Positions 15,950 to 25,391 of a stretch of DNA of 56,191 nt are shown one piece after another. Position 1 is the first letter of the stretch; each line of letters opens with the position of its first letter. The stretch covers positions 1 through 56,191 of the IMG/VR virus record IMGVR_UViG_3300027987_000011. One strand, 5' to 3'. The DNA is from a virus (taxonomy: Duplodnaviria > Caudoviricetes). A program made the position numbers and the translations under genes. Under the pieces are notes generated by a model, which ran no database searches, had not been told where the DNA came from, and saw only the letters and a list, made by a program, of their open reading frames with translations.

Positions 15950-16963
15950 TCAGGTCAGGGACTCCGCGACTTCGATCAGCGCGCTCGCCTTGGCGGTCCA
16001 CGGCTCACCGAACGCTCCCGGCAGGCGCTTCCCCATCCCGGCCAGCAAGTCGGCTGCTTCGAGGATCTTCTTCGTCGCCTCTTCGAGCACGGCGACCGGA
16101 CCCTCGACGGGCGTCTCCACCTCAGTCGATGCAGACACGACCTCCGTTTCGGGCTCCTCCGGGGCCTGGGCCGTCTCCTCCGGGGGCTCGGGGGCCTTCG
16201 GCGGCTCCGGGGCTGGCGTGGGTGGAATCGCGCTCCCAGCGGCTCCTGTGCCGTCTCCGTTCTGAACGGATCGCAGGACGTGCAGGGCGCGGTCGAGTAC
16301 CGACCGGCTCCCACCCTTGCCCTTCGTGATGATCTTGCTCACCTGACCATCGCCCATCCCGATAGCGGACCCGATCAGTTCGTGGGTCCAGCCGTACTTC
16401 TCGCGGAGTGTGTATAGGGTCTTCGCGAGCTTGCCCACGTCTGCGTCCGTCAGGCGCTCGTTCATCGGGAGCCGACCGGCCCGCCCCTTCGTCGGCACCT
16501 CGGCCAGCCGTTCCAGCCGCTTGATGTCGCGCTCTGCGACCATGCCGTTGTACTTCAGCGCCTCGGAGCCCCACGCTTCCTGCCCCTTCACCTCGCGACC
16601 GATCTCAGCCACGCTCATCCCGCTCTCCTGAAGCTGACGGATGAGTGACTTCGCGTAGCACCACCGCGAGTACTTCACCTTCTCGTTGTCACCTGTTCTC
16701 TCGTGACTCTTCAGCTTGCTCATCTTTCCTAGCCTCCGTAGTTCGATCTGCCACGCAACAGGTAGTTCCTGCGGTGGCTCTGGGGGGGGTGGACTTGCGC
16801 GCTCCAGCACTGCCTTCGCGATGCGCTCGCGCTCGTCTGCGGGGATCTTGAAGATGCGGTTGACGAACCCTCGCACAGCGTCGGGCTCCACCTTGACCCG
16901 ACAGAGATCGAAGTCGATGAGGACTGTCCGCACGCGAGCCTCGAACAGTCCATCGTCACTCAC
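15950..16963 (-). CDS. Multi-HTH transcription regulator-like protein
   Basis: Two XRE-like segments (GMSVAEIGREV and GWTHELIGSAIGMGDGQVSKII) followed by a Pro/Glu linker. Confidence 0.6.
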   Translation of the reverse strand: MSDDGLFEARVRTVLIDFDLCRVKVEPDAVRGFVNRIFKIPADERERIAKAVLERASPPPPEPPQELPVAWQIELRRLGKMSKLKSHERTGDNEKVKYSRWCYAKSLIRQLQESGMSVAEIGREVKGQEAWGSEALKYNGMVAERDIKRLERLAEVPTKGRAGRLPMNERLTDADVGKLAKTLYTLREKYGWTHELIGSAIGMGDGQVSKIITKGKGGSRSVLDRALHVLRSVQNGDGTGAAGSAIPPTPAPEPPKAPEPPEETAQAPEEPETEVVSASTEVETPVEGPVAVLEEATKKILEAADLLAGMGKRLPGAFGEPWTAKASALIEVAESLT

Positions 16964-17283
16964 CCTACCAGTTCCTCGACCAACTCGCGGTCGGTCTTCC
17001 CGATGAAGCGGTATGCGTTCGTCAGGGAGGCCACAAGCTCTTCCTTCGTGACCGCCACCATGCGCGAGTACTCCAGGCGGTCAACGCGATTCGGATAGAC
17101 CACCGTGCTCGTTCTGCGGCCCATGATGAACGGGCCTCGGTCGGTGACCCCGTAGGTGTCCATAAAGGGGTTGGTCAGCACCTCGTACACGTCGTGCGGC
17201 CCGACTGGGGTGGGTTCCTGATCGTGCCGCCAGTCACGCCGCCGCACGAACGAGCCGACAGGGAACCGCAGTTCATCCGCCAT
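16960..17283 (-). CDS. Hypothetical protein
   Basis: ATG 17283 after AGGAGG. Confidence 0.6.
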   Translation of the reverse strand: MADELRFPVGSFVRRRDWRHDQEPTPVGPHDVYEVLTNPFMDTYGVTDRGPFIMGRRTSTVVYPNRVDRLEYSRMVAVTKEELVASLTNAYRFIGKTDRELVEELVG

Positions 17284-17680
17284 CAGCATCCTCCTGTGGT
17301 ATGCCGTGCTCCAACAGAACATGGATCGTCTTCTCGTAATCCCTCACCGTGGGTGCCTTGCCGACCCTCCCTTTCAGTGCGAGGCGGGCCTTGGTCATAC
17401 GGACAACGAGCCCGTCGTGCAACCCGAAGTACTCGGTCGTCGCGATCTCGTAGACCCGCGTCGATCCGGGCCATTTCCCGCCCTGCGCCACGACGTGTTC
17501 CTTTGCCTTGCGGAGCACGTACCGGATCACTTCCTGGGCGTAGACGTGCTCGGGGACCCACATCGCGACTTGGTACTCTCCCACCTTCGGGTCGTAGTCC
17601 AGCACATCCCAGATGCGGAGCCCGCGCACCTTCCCGATGATGACATCGGTGTCGTATTCTACCCGCCAATTCGGGCTCAC
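17273..17680 (-). CDS. Hypothetical protein
   Basis: Overlaps both neighbours. Protein-like composition. Confidence 0.6.
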   Translation of the reverse strand: MSPNWRVEYDTDVIIGKVRGLRIWDVLDYDPKVGEYQVAMWVPEHVYAQEVIRYVLRKAKEHVVAQGGKWPGSTRVYEIATTEYFGLHDGLVVRMTKARLALKGRVGKAPTVRDYEKTIHVLLEHGIPQEDADGG

Positions 17681-17940
17681 TGGACACGACCACCAGCCAG
17701 CACGTAGATCGTCCGAAGCTCTTCGTCGGTGATCTCGTCGTGCGTCGGGGTGACTGGCCCGTCCACAGCCATGCAGCGGATCTCCACACCGTCGATCACG
17801 GCGACGATGCCGTGGAACCGCTGCTCGTAAGCGTGCAGCGCGCCCCGGATCTGCCGTGCTATCTCGGCGCGTGCCTCGTCGCCTTCCTCGCGCTGCTCCA
17901 ACTCGACCTCATTCAGCAGCGTGACCCACTCGGTTATCAC
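17677..17940 (-). CDS. Hypothetical protein
   Basis: GTGA-type overlaps on both sides. Confidence 0.6.
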   Translation of the reverse strand: MITEWVTLLNEVELEQREEGDEARAEIARQIRGALHAYEQRFHGIVAVIDGVEIRCMAVDGPVTPTHDEITDEELRTIYVLAGGRVQ

Positions 17941-18149
17941 TTGGCACGCTCCCTTGCGATGCGCTCGCGGTTCGCTGCTGCGCTGTTGCCTTCGGGCTGA
18001 TGCCTGTGGAGTTCGAGGCTTGTGCCCTGGTACGCGACGAGGTGTCCGTCACAGGTCCCGAACGTCACCAACTCCAGGCACACTTCACACTGATCTGCGG
18101 TGGTCGCCCTGTCCTGCACGTTCCGCTTGGGAGTCGGCATCTTGGTCAT
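17937..18149 (-). CDS. Small Cys/His-containing hypothetical protein
   Basis: ATG 18149 in ATGA overlap. CEVC...HRH pattern. Confidence 0.5.
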   Translation of the reverse strand: MTKMPTPKRNVQDRATTADQCEVCLELVTFGTCDGHLVAYQGTSLELHRHQPEGNSAAANRERIARERAK

Positions 18150-18445
18150 CCCAGCTTCTCCTTCGTGGCAACGTGTAGTAGGGCGGCGGCGAACGTGCCC
18201 CAGAAGCCCTCGACCTGGGCACCCTGCTCCGTCAACTGATTGTGCATGTCCCTGTAGCCCACGCCCTCCATCGTCGCGAGGGTGGCCGTCTTCAGGATGC
18301 GCGCAAGCTCCGGGTACTCGGGTCGGCCACGCTCGTCGAGCCCGATGATGACGACGGGGCCGTCCTGCTTCATCAGCCCCACCCACTCGGCACTGTTGTC
18401 CCACCAGATTGCGCCTCCCCTGCGCATCCCGATGGCGGTCTTCAT
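18146..18445 (-). CDS. Hypothetical protein
   Basis: ATG 18445 in ATGA overlap. Confidence 0.55.
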   Translation of the reverse strand: MKTAIGMRRGGAIWWDNSAEWVGLMKQDGPVVIIGLDERGRPEYPELARILKTATLATMEGVGYRDMHNQLTEQGAQVEGFWGTFAAALLHVATKEKLG

Positions 18446-18759
18446 TGCGTGAGCAGGCGAATGAAGTCGAAGATCGCCAGCAGCGCCCCTTCGATGGCGA
18501 GCGCCAACAGAAAGCGCGTCGCCCACATGACGTGCTGGTGAACTTCGATCTTGCCCATCGTGATCGGCACCGTCACCTGCACCGACCCTTCCTTCATCTC
18601 GACCGTCGTCGGGACCGTCACCTGCACGGGGATCGTGTCGCGGTGTTCGATGATGGTCATGTGTTCGCCAGCGTGCGGGTCTTCCGGGTTCTCTCCGGTG
18701 CCCACCACGTCTGTCGTCTCGTCCGGGTTGGCCCCGGTCCCGTCCACGGTGTCACTCAC
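18442..18759 (-). CDS. Hypothetical protein with C-terminal TM helix
   Basis: VQVTVP occurs twice. Hydrophobic C-terminus. Confidence 0.55.
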   Translation of the reverse strand: MSDTVDGTGANPDETTDVVGTGENPEDPHAGEHMTIIEHRDTIPVQVTVPTTVEMKEGSVQVTVPITMGKIEVHQHVMWATRFLLALAIEGALLAIFDFIRLLTQ

Positions 18760-19003
18760 TTAGAAGCCCCCTTCTCAGAATGTTGGCGGCGGCTCGGTAG
18801 TCGCCCTGCTCCACGCAGTCCATACAGAACTTCGCCTGCTGCTCGCTGGCGTAGCCCCTGGTTTCCATCAGTCGCAGGAACTCATCCTGAGCCCTGGACT
18901 GCGCCCTGCGTTCGCTGACTGCGTGGGCGAACATCAGCCCCACGAAGAGCGTCAGCATAAACGCCAGCCAGAGCATGACGACGATCTTCACCAGATCCAG
19001 CAT
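18752..19003 (-). CDS. Membrane-anchored hypothetical protein
   Basis: MLDLVKIVVMLWLAFML... hydrophobic N-terminus. Confidence 0.55.
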   Translation of the reverse strand: MLDLVKIVVMLWLAFMLTLFVGLMFAHAVSERRAQSRAQDEFLRLMETRGYASEQQAKFCMDCVEQGDYRAAANILRRGLLSE

Positions 19004-19161
19004 CACAGGATCTCGTCCATACGGGCACGCACCTGCTTCCGGTAGTGGTGCCTCTGGAAGAGGCGAAGCGTGTTCCTCGCGGCCATCCAGAACGAGACGG
19101 CGGCGAGCGTAGCGAGCAGGATGTTGTTCGACATGACAGCCTCCAGCGGTGGTGGTGGTAC

Positions 19162-19692
19162 TCAGTTCGGGTCCCCGGTCGGGTGCCCTCCCAGTGTGAT
19201 GTGTTCGAGCGTCGCGTTGATGACCTTCGTCCACGTCGGCTCGTGGTGGGGGTTCGGGAAGGGCGGCTCTGCGGGAACCAGCCCGTGGGCCACGCCCTTC
19301 GCGAGCAGTGTCAGAAGCTCCTGCGCCTGCTCGTCCGTCGCGTTGATGTGGATGCAGACGTTGATCGGGTGCAGGTGCGTGAACGTCTTCCCCTTCACCA
19401 GCATGTCGGGCTCCCACTCAGGGTGCTCGTCCGGTGCGAGCGCGACCATCAGGATCTCGTGGGTCGCCTCGGGGAACTGCTTCTTCGGCGGCTTGGTCTG
19501 GCCTGGGAGATCGCGGAGCGCGACCCCAGTCAGGACGTAGTACCTCCACGCGGGGGACTGCCCAGGGCAGTCGCAGAGCCATGCGTCCATCGTGCCTGCG
19601 GCCCGCCAGTCGCCCGTGTACTCAGGCTGCGGCATCCACTCGACGGTGCCCGCTGGACCGACGAACGACTTCACGTCAGGGTTCGTTCTCAT
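19162..19692 (-). CDS. Hypothetical protein
   Basis: ATGA overlap with the upstream gene. Globular composition. Confidence 0.65.
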   Translation of the reverse strand: MRTNPDVKSFVGPAGTVEWMPQPEYTGDWRAAGTMDAWLCDCPGQSPAWRYYVLTGVALRDLPGQTKPPKKQFPEATHEILMVALAPDEHPEWEPDMLVKGKTFTHLHPINVCIHINATDEQAQELLTLLAKGVAHGLVPAEPPFPNPHHEPTWTKVINATLEHITLGGHPTGDPN

Positions 19693-20921
19693 GTCTGGTT
19701 CCTCAGTCCCTCGTGGACGATCTCGTACAGCCGCCTCAGTGCCTTCTCCGGGTTCTTCCTCCCGCTCGACTGGTTCAGCGCCGATTCGATGTACGCCTCG
19801 GCCTCCAAGTCGAGCAGTTCCATCTCCCGTGCGGAGTCACGGTAGAGCCGCAGCGTGTTCTTCAGTTCGATGGGGTCCATGTCGGCGGGGTCTTTCGCCT
19901 CGCCGTAGCGACCCGGAGCCGGTGGGTCCTGCGAGGGAGGGTCGAAGAGGCCACCCTGGGGCTCCGGGCCTGCCTGCTGCTCCGGGGGGTCTTCGGCCTC
20001 TCCGACTTCCTCGCTGGTGGGTCCCTGGGGCTCCTGGGGCTCCTGTGCGGGCTCGACGGGCTCCAGCCCCTCTACCACCTCGTCCAGACGCTTCTGCGTC
20101 CCTATGGACGCCTCCATGCCCCGTGGCGGGCCGAACTCGTCCACGATCTCCTCGGCCTCTTCCTCATCCATCGCGTCGAGGTCTGCCTTCACCTCGCCAG
20201 CGGTGAGCAAGAGGCGCGAGCGAGTCGCTTCGAGTCGCTGCTTCGCGCCGACCATCAACTGGGCGGCGGTGTCGTAGTCCACGTTCAGGACGAGCGCCAC
20301 CTTGAACGACCGGCCCGTCCGATCCTTCCCGTCCTGCGTGTACGAATCCTCCGACTCGTAGCACATCAGCTTGACCGGAGCTTGGAAGAGCGTGCCGAAC
20401 CTCGCGTGGATCTCCTCCAGCGCGGTCTGGATGTTGTTGATCGACTCCCAGGAGCGCGTGCGGAAGACGTAGTAGCCCCCGGTGTAAGGGCTCGCTCGCA
20501 GTTGAAGCTGGAGCCGACCGTAGGGGCGACATGGGCAGGTGCCGCCGCCGATGCGCGAGCACGGTCCCTTCTTCCCCGTCTTCATGTCGGTCTGCTCTTC
20601 GCCGTCACAGGTGATCGACGGCTTCTTCCCTGCGTAGTGCGCCATCACGGTGTGGAGGTTCTGATCGACCTCGGGGAACATCAGGAAGCCCTCCAACTCG
20701 CGGGGGCTGTTGCCGATCTGCTCATGCACAGCTTCGTCCCGCTGGAAGGCTCCCTCGCCTCCCTTGCGCGTCCGGGTCACGACCTCGAAGTGGTCGTACT
20801 TCTCGGGGACGTACATCTGGTTTCCACCCGACGTGCCCGCCTTACGACCGCGCCCGCCCAGCTTGATCTTCCCGATCTCCTGGGGTCGCACCTCCAGCAA
20901 CCTACGGCTGATGAGGGTCAT
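19689..20921 (-). CDS. Gp3-like (recombination directionality factor-like) protein
   Basis: IGKIKLG, PEKYDHF, CDGE..C..CPCRPYGRLQ and GGYYVFRTRSWESI motifs. Acidic Pro-rich tail. Confidence 0.7.
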   Translation of the reverse strand: MTLISRRLLEVRPQEIGKIKLGGRGRKAGTSGGNQMYVPEKYDHFEVVTRTRKGGEGAFQRDEAVHEQIGNSPRELEGFLMFPEVDQNLHTVMAHYAGKKPSITCDGEEQTDMKTGKKGPCSRIGGGTCPCRPYGRLQLQLRASPYTGGYYVFRTRSWESINNIQTALEEIHARFGTLFQAPVKLMCYESEDSYTQDGKDRTGRSFKVALVLNVDYDTAAQLMVGAKQRLEATRSRLLLTAGEVKADLDAMDEEEAEEIVDEFGPPRGMEASIGTQKRLDEVVEGLEPVEPAQEPQEPQGPTSEEVGEAEDPPEQQAGPEPQGGLFDPPSQDPPAPGRYGEAKDPADMDPIELKNTLRLYRDSAREMELLDLEAEAYIESALNQSSGRKNPEKALRRLYEIVHEGLRNQT

Positions 20922-21259
20922 CAGTTCTCTCCCTCGAAGTCGTCGCGCATCGTCTCCCATAGCTCCTGCCACATGAGCAGCTTGCGGTCCTGTGAGTCAC
21001 GCATCTCCTCGTACCGCTTCGTGTGCGTCGCGAGGATGGCGGATGCCGCCACGAGGTTCCGTCCCGACTGCTGTAGGTTCTTCATCAGCAGCAGGGCGGA
21101 GCGCAGGTGGTTCAGGAACGCCAGCGCCTCGTTGTCGCCCAGGAAACGGTCGATGGTGACTTGCACGTCCGCGAGCCACTGATCCAGCGACCCCTCCGGG
21201 GGTATGGTGGTGAAGGCCGACGTGACCGCCAACATCATCTGCATCTCTCTCTGGCTCAC
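20921..21259 (-). CDS. Hypothetical helical protein
   Basis: Coupled to both neighbours. Confidence 0.6.
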   Translation of the reverse strand: MSQREMQMMLAVTSAFTTIPPEGSLDQWLADVQVTIDRFLGDNEALAFLNHLRSALLLMKNLQQSGRNLVAASAILATHTKRYEEMRDSQDRKLLMWQELWETMRDDFEGEN

Positions 21260-22602
21260 TGGATCATCTCCGCTGGGTTGGGGCCGACGACCTTCACGTC
21301 GATCTTCTTCTTCGGTTCGGTTTTGAAGTAGAACCTATCCTCAGTCGCGTCCAGCGCGAGCAGCGCGTCCGCGTCACCTTCCTTCTGGGCAAGCTCGACG
21401 GCAGCAACGAACGCGCCCGCGTTGAATCTCCGCTGACTGGCGCTCTGCGTCCGCTTCACCACAACGCCATTCCCGACGACGTGATTGCTCTCATCACCGT
21501 CGCCCAGCAGCGCCACCAGATTCGCTTCAGTCTGCTCATACGCCCGCTGCGCCTCCACGAGTTCGTACCAACGTCTCGCCACGAGGTCTGCCTGCTCGAA
21601 CCACTCGCCGTCGTTCCGCACCGTCGCCTCCCCCTTGATCCTTGCGGGCCAGACGGGCGGGTCGGGCATCGGCTTCATCGGACGCACGCGACCGTCGATG
21701 TGCTTCGTGTACCACACCGGGATCTGCTCACGCATCCACTTCCCGATCCGCTTCTCGCGGACCACGGGGAAGGCGTAACAGGTGTCGTACTCGGGGTTGT
21801 AGAAGACCATGATGCCCCACTCCAGATCAGCGACCTCCATGTGGTGCTGCATCTGGATCGCGTGGCCCGTCAGCATCCCCTCATCCCGGTACTCGAAGAA
21901 CTTCGCCGTGCGGGGGACCTTCACCTCCACGGCTCCGGGTCCCTTACAGTTCTCGCGGACGTGATCCCACAGTGTGTTGTCGATGATCTCCTGCGGCCAC
22001 TGTGCGGGGCGCAGAACTACGGCGTCGAGATCGGAGACGATCAGGTCCACCTCGCGATGGCGGATCATCCCCACGGGGTCAGTCTCCAGCCCGTACATCT
22101 CCGTGAATCGCTTCAGCGCGTTCTGCTCCTGCCGATTGCCGCGCCGGATGTCACCGGAGGGCTCCCCAGGCTGCTCGTCCCACTTGCCCAACAGGATGCG
22201 ATCCCAGACCTGCCACGGCCCCTGGTACTGATCCCTGCCCAGCAGTGCCGCCAGATCGGACGAGCCGATGAGCGGGCCACGGACCTTCTTCCACTCTTCG
22301 CGGTTGTGCTGCGGGGAGACGGGCTGGCCGTCCGCGCCCAGCATGAGCGTCGCGTGGACAGCCTTGTGGATCTTCCTGACAGGCTGTTGCACGGTGGGGC
22401 GCGACGGGTCAAAGATCCGCCAGACCTGCGCGGGCCGTCCGGTGGACTGCGCCCGCTTCTCCCCGGTGCGCTCCACGTCGGGCAGCTTCGGCAGGATGCG
22501 CTGAACCTTCGAGCGGGGGATGCCCGACTGCGCGGCGATCTCCTCCGGGGTGCCGGTGCCGATGATCTCCAGCGTGCGGATGATCGTGTCGTGATTCGTC
22601 AT
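21256..22602 (-). CDS. YqaJ / lambda-exonuclease-like protein with N-terminal HTH
   Basis: EEW...IGSSD, RGNRQE, SDLDA, VEVKV and IQMQHHM motifs. N-terminal wHTH-like segment. Start ATG 22602. Confidence 0.85.
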   Translation of the reverse strand: MTNHDTIIRTLEIIGTGTPEEIAAQSGIPRSKVQRILPKLPDVERTGEKRAQSTGRPAQVWRIFDPSRPTVQQPVRKIHKAVHATLMLGADGQPVSPQHNREEWKKVRGPLIGSSDLAALLGRDQYQGPWQVWDRILLGKWDEQPGEPSGDIRRGNRQEQNALKRFTEMYGLETDPVGMIRHREVDLIVSDLDAVVLRPAQWPQEIIDNTLWDHVRENCKGPGAVEVKVPRTAKFFEYRDEGMLTGHAIQMQHHMEVADLEWGIMVFYNPEYDTCYAFPVVREKRIGKWMREQIPVWYTKHIDGRVRPMKPMPDPPVWPARIKGEATVRNDGEWFEQADLVARRWYELVEAQRAYEQTEANLVALLGDGDESNHVVGNGVVVKRTQSASQRRFNAGAFVAAVELAQKEGDADALLALDATEDRFYFKTEPKKKIDVKVVGPNPAEMIQ

Positions 22603-22970
22603 CGGACAATCTGCCCACACGTCGGGCACCGTTCTTTGGTCGGCTTGTAGTCGGACCACGGTGTGTCGGTCGCGTGCCAGACCATCTCGTTGTTGCCCCT
22701 CGTGTTCATGCGCTTCCCTTCCTTCCGCAGCAGCCCCAGGTCGCTCAACTCCGTGAGTCGCGTGCGCACGCTCGACTCCGTGCGGTCTGGGTACAGCGCG
22801 CAGACCTCGAAGCCAGCGAGCCCTATGGGGCTGGCCTTCACCGCTTGGTAGACCTCCCGCCTCCACGTCGCCACGGTGGACTCGACCTTGGCGGCTGCTT
22901 CGACTTCGGTCGTATCTGGGTTCCGGTGGATCTGCGGCGGTCCATCGAACAGCGGTCCCAGGTCGTTCAC
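22599..22970 (-). CDS. Winged-HTH protein with terminal CxxC
   Basis: SSVRTRLTELSDLGLL...VW motif. GTG start after GAGGTG. Confidence 0.65.
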   Translation of the reverse strand: MNDLGPLFDGPPQIHRNPDTTEVEAAAKVESTVATWRREVYQAVKASPIGLAGFEVCALYPDRTESSVRTRLTELSDLGLLRKEGKRMNTRGNNEMVWHATDTPWSDYKPTKERCPTCGQIVR

Positions 22971-23230
22971 GGGAACACCTCGTCGGGCGGATCGCCGGGA
23001 CGCTCGACGTAGACGAACTCCAGCTTCCCATCCTTGTACCTGAGATGCGTGTCCCAGCCCAGCGTGTCGGCGGCAGCAGCGCGCTCTGCGATGCCTCGCA
23101 GGTCCCAGCCCTCCGATAGTCGCTTCCCGTCGAAGACGAACATTATCCGGCGACGCGGGCGTGCCACCTTCCAGACCCACGCCACCATGACGCGCTGGAG
23201 CCTGCGGTACGGCCCCTCTCTGTTGCCCAT
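22967..23230 (-). CDS. Hypothetical protein
   Basis: ATG 23230 overlaps the upstream stop. Confidence 0.55.
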   Translation of the reverse strand: MGNREGPYRRLQRVMVAWVWKVARPRRRIMFVFDGKRLSEGWDLRGIAERAAAADTLGWDTHLRYKDGKLEFVYVERPGDPPDEVFP

Positions 23231-24147
23231 CAGTCCCCCTTGCCGTCTAGGTACGCCGTCACTTCGTCGTAGCGGTCTGAGATCGCCTGGAGGTGCCGCA
23301 TGGCTTCCTCTTCCTCTTCGACGCTCTCGTCCCACAAGTCCTGATCGCGCACGCTGTCCACCTCTGCCTGCACGAGCGCGCTCAGGGTCGCTGGGTCGAG
23401 CGCGTCAAGCTCCCAGGACTGGCGACCGTACTTCGCCACGTAGTCGTCGGCTCGGGAGTCCGTGAGCTTGGCGGGGTTCGGCGGCGGGCTGTACTGCTGG
23501 ACCTGGGGCATGTTGAGCGCGATGCGCCAGACTTCCACGGCTGCGTCGTATCCTGCGAACGTCTCCACTCGGTCGTTGATGTCGCGAGTCATGTCGATCC
23601 CGCTGGGGTCGTGGTCCCCGAAGTGGAGAATGATCGTCTGCTTGCCTTCCTCGCTCCGCTCGCGGAGCCGTTGGCTCGCGCTCCACATCTCGCTCAGGGA
23701 CACGTACCCACGGCACGCGAAGAAGGGGACCTCCAGCGTATTACAGATGCGCTCGAACACACCCGCCAGGGCTTCCTTCTCAACCCAGACCTCCACGTAA
23801 GCGGGCTGGCGCTCCCACTTCTCCAGCGTGAAGTGTCGGCGCAGGCGAGCGATAGCAGCCTGGGGACTGTCGTCGGTCTGCCACTTCACGAGGTTCCGGG
23901 TGCGGTCTTCGATGGCTTCCCAGTCGATCCATCCGGCCATCCTCGCCTTCGCGATCACGCCCCCCAGGTTGTTGTACGACTTCTGGGTGTTGGGGATCAG
24001 GGCACGGGCGACGAACTGGTAGTACAACTGCCGCAGCGTGAGCAGGTACCCCTGGGCTTGGTACTGACGGATGATGGAGTTGGCCTGCTGGATGAGCGCG
24101 ACCGTCTCGGGACGCGGACTCCATTCCTCGTAGGCGATACGGGGCAT
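23230..24147 (-). CDS. TOPRIM-domain protein (Topo VI-A/Spo11/JetD-like)
   Basis: TLRQLYY helix, VWVEK, FGDHDPSG and WELDAL motifs. Confidence 0.8.
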   Translation of the reverse strand: MPRIAYEEWSPRPETVALIQQANSIIRQYQAQGYLLTLRQLYYQFVARALIPNTQKSYNNLGGVIAKARMAGWIDWEAIEDRTRNLVKWQTDDSPQAAIARLRRHFTLEKWERQPAYVEVWVEKEALAGVFERICNTLEVPFFACRGYVSLSEMWSASQRLRERSEEGKQTIILHFGDHDPSGIDMTRDINDRVETFAGYDAAVEVWRIALNMPQVQQYSPPPNPAKLTDSRADDYVAKYGRQSWELDALDPATLSALVQAEVDSVRDQDLWDESVEEEEEAMRHLQAISDRYDEVTAYLDGKGD

Positions 24148-24422
24148 CAGTCTCTCCGCTCGAAGCTGGTAAGGAAGCGTTCCATCTCGGCGTTCTGCTC
24201 CGGGGTGAGTGGCTGGTTCAGCATCTCGTCCCTGACGAACGACAGAAGTCCGTCGCGGACCTGCCGGATCGTCTGGAGGCCAGTCCACCGCTCACCCGTC
24301 ACAGTGTCTTCCAGGGTGTAGTCCCCGGTGTCGCCGGTCAGGATGAAGCGACCGTCCGGGGAGTCTTCGCGGCCACCCTGCGGGTTCCGTACCCAGGCGA
24401 CCGGCTCGTACTTGCTGGTCAT
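24147..24422 (-). CDS. Hypothetical protein
   Basis: ATG 24422 in ATGA overlap. Confidence 0.6.
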   Translation of the reverse strand: MTSKYEPVAWVRNPQGGREDSPDGRFILTGDTGDYTLEDTVTGERWTGLQTIRQVRDGLLSFVRDEMLNQPLTPEQNAEMERFLTSFERRD

Positions 24423-24838
24423 GGACGCCACCCCCGGTACTCCTCGGTGAGTGGCGGCGTGGGGTCGGACTCCAGCACCTCCATCAACTCGTCCACGGTC
24501 CAGAGATGGACCGGCTCGTAGAAGACGAACGCGGCTGCTGCCCTGGCATGGGGAGACGGCGAGTCGGCACCGCTACAGGTGTCGATGATCGTCCCGTCAG
24601 GCAGGACGGTCCAGCCGTGAGGGTACCGACGCTTGGAGGCGAACGGGTTACGGTTGTGCAGCCACCCCTCGACGTAGCGTGCTCCGCTGTTGCCGCAGCA
24701 GCACGTCACCATGATGGCGCTGTTCCAGCACCAACCGGGACGACCAAGGTCGGGGTCGATACGCTGGATCACCCTGCCCATCTCGCAGGACTGGATCACG
24801 TCCCAGCGGGCCGCTGCGTGGATGAGTTCACTCGACAT
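24419..24838 (-). CDS. Hypothetical protein (Cys-His-Asp, transglutaminase-like pattern?)
   Basis: CWNSA...YVEGW...PHGW...IID pattern. Confidence 0.5.
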   Translation of the reverse strand: MSSELIHAAARWDVIQSCEMGRVIQRIDPDLGRPGWCWNSAIMVTCCCGNSGARYVEGWLHNRNPFASKRRYPHGWTVLPDGTIIDTCSGADSPSPHARAAAAFVFYEPVHLWTVDELMEVLESDPTPPLTEEYRGWRP

Positions 24839-25133
24839 CGCCAGCCCCCTTGCAGCAGCCACCGTTCCGGTCGAGCCAGTCTGCCGCTGCGACCATCGCA
24901 TCGTAGAGGCTCCTGGCGCGGACACCACCACGGTAGGCGCGGACGAGGTGGCCGTGACGCTTCTCCAGCATCCCCTTGGGATTGATCCCATCGGGCCACT
25001 GGGTGAGCCAGCAATCAGAGAGACGGTCGAGCCGCAGGACGATCTCGTCGAACATCGACTGAGGGATGTCCGGGTTCTCTGCGGGACCCTTCTTCTGAGC
25101 GGCGGTGAGCTTCGCCTGCTTGCGCTTCGACAT
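24828..25133 (-). CDS. Hypothetical protein
   Basis: GAGGAG upstream. Second gene of the operon. Confidence 0.6.
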   Translation of the reverse strand: MSKRKQAKLTAAQKKGPAENPDIPQSMFDEIVLRLDRLSDCWLTQWPDGINPKGMLEKRHGHLVRAYRGGVRARSLYDAMVAAADWLDRNGGCCKGAGDVE

Positions 25134-25154
25134 GAGCCAGGGATCTCCTCTAGG

Positions 25155-25349
25155 TCACTGGGAGAACCCCCACTCTTTCACTTCGACGGAGCAGAATCGC
25201 GGCGAGCCGCCACCGGGTCGGTAGTGGGGCAACGGGTTCTGTTCTTTCGCCATCCAGCGACGCACCGTCATGGTGGTCACTCCGAACCAGTCAGCTACGT
25301 CTTTCAGCTTCCAGTCGAGCTTCCTGTCGGTGTCGGATGGTCCTAGCAT
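25155..25349 (-). CDS. Excisionase/AlpA-like HTH protein
   Basis: LKDVADWFGVTTMTVRRW...LPHYRPGGGSPRF..EVKEW pattern. Confidence 0.75.
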   Translation of the reverse strand: MLGPSDTDRKLDWKLKDVADWFGVTTMTVRRWMAKEQNPLPHYRPGGGSPRFCSVEVKEWGFSQ

Positions 25350-25391
25350 CGGAAAGATCCAGAGTGGGGGGCGAGAACCTGATCGCACCCC

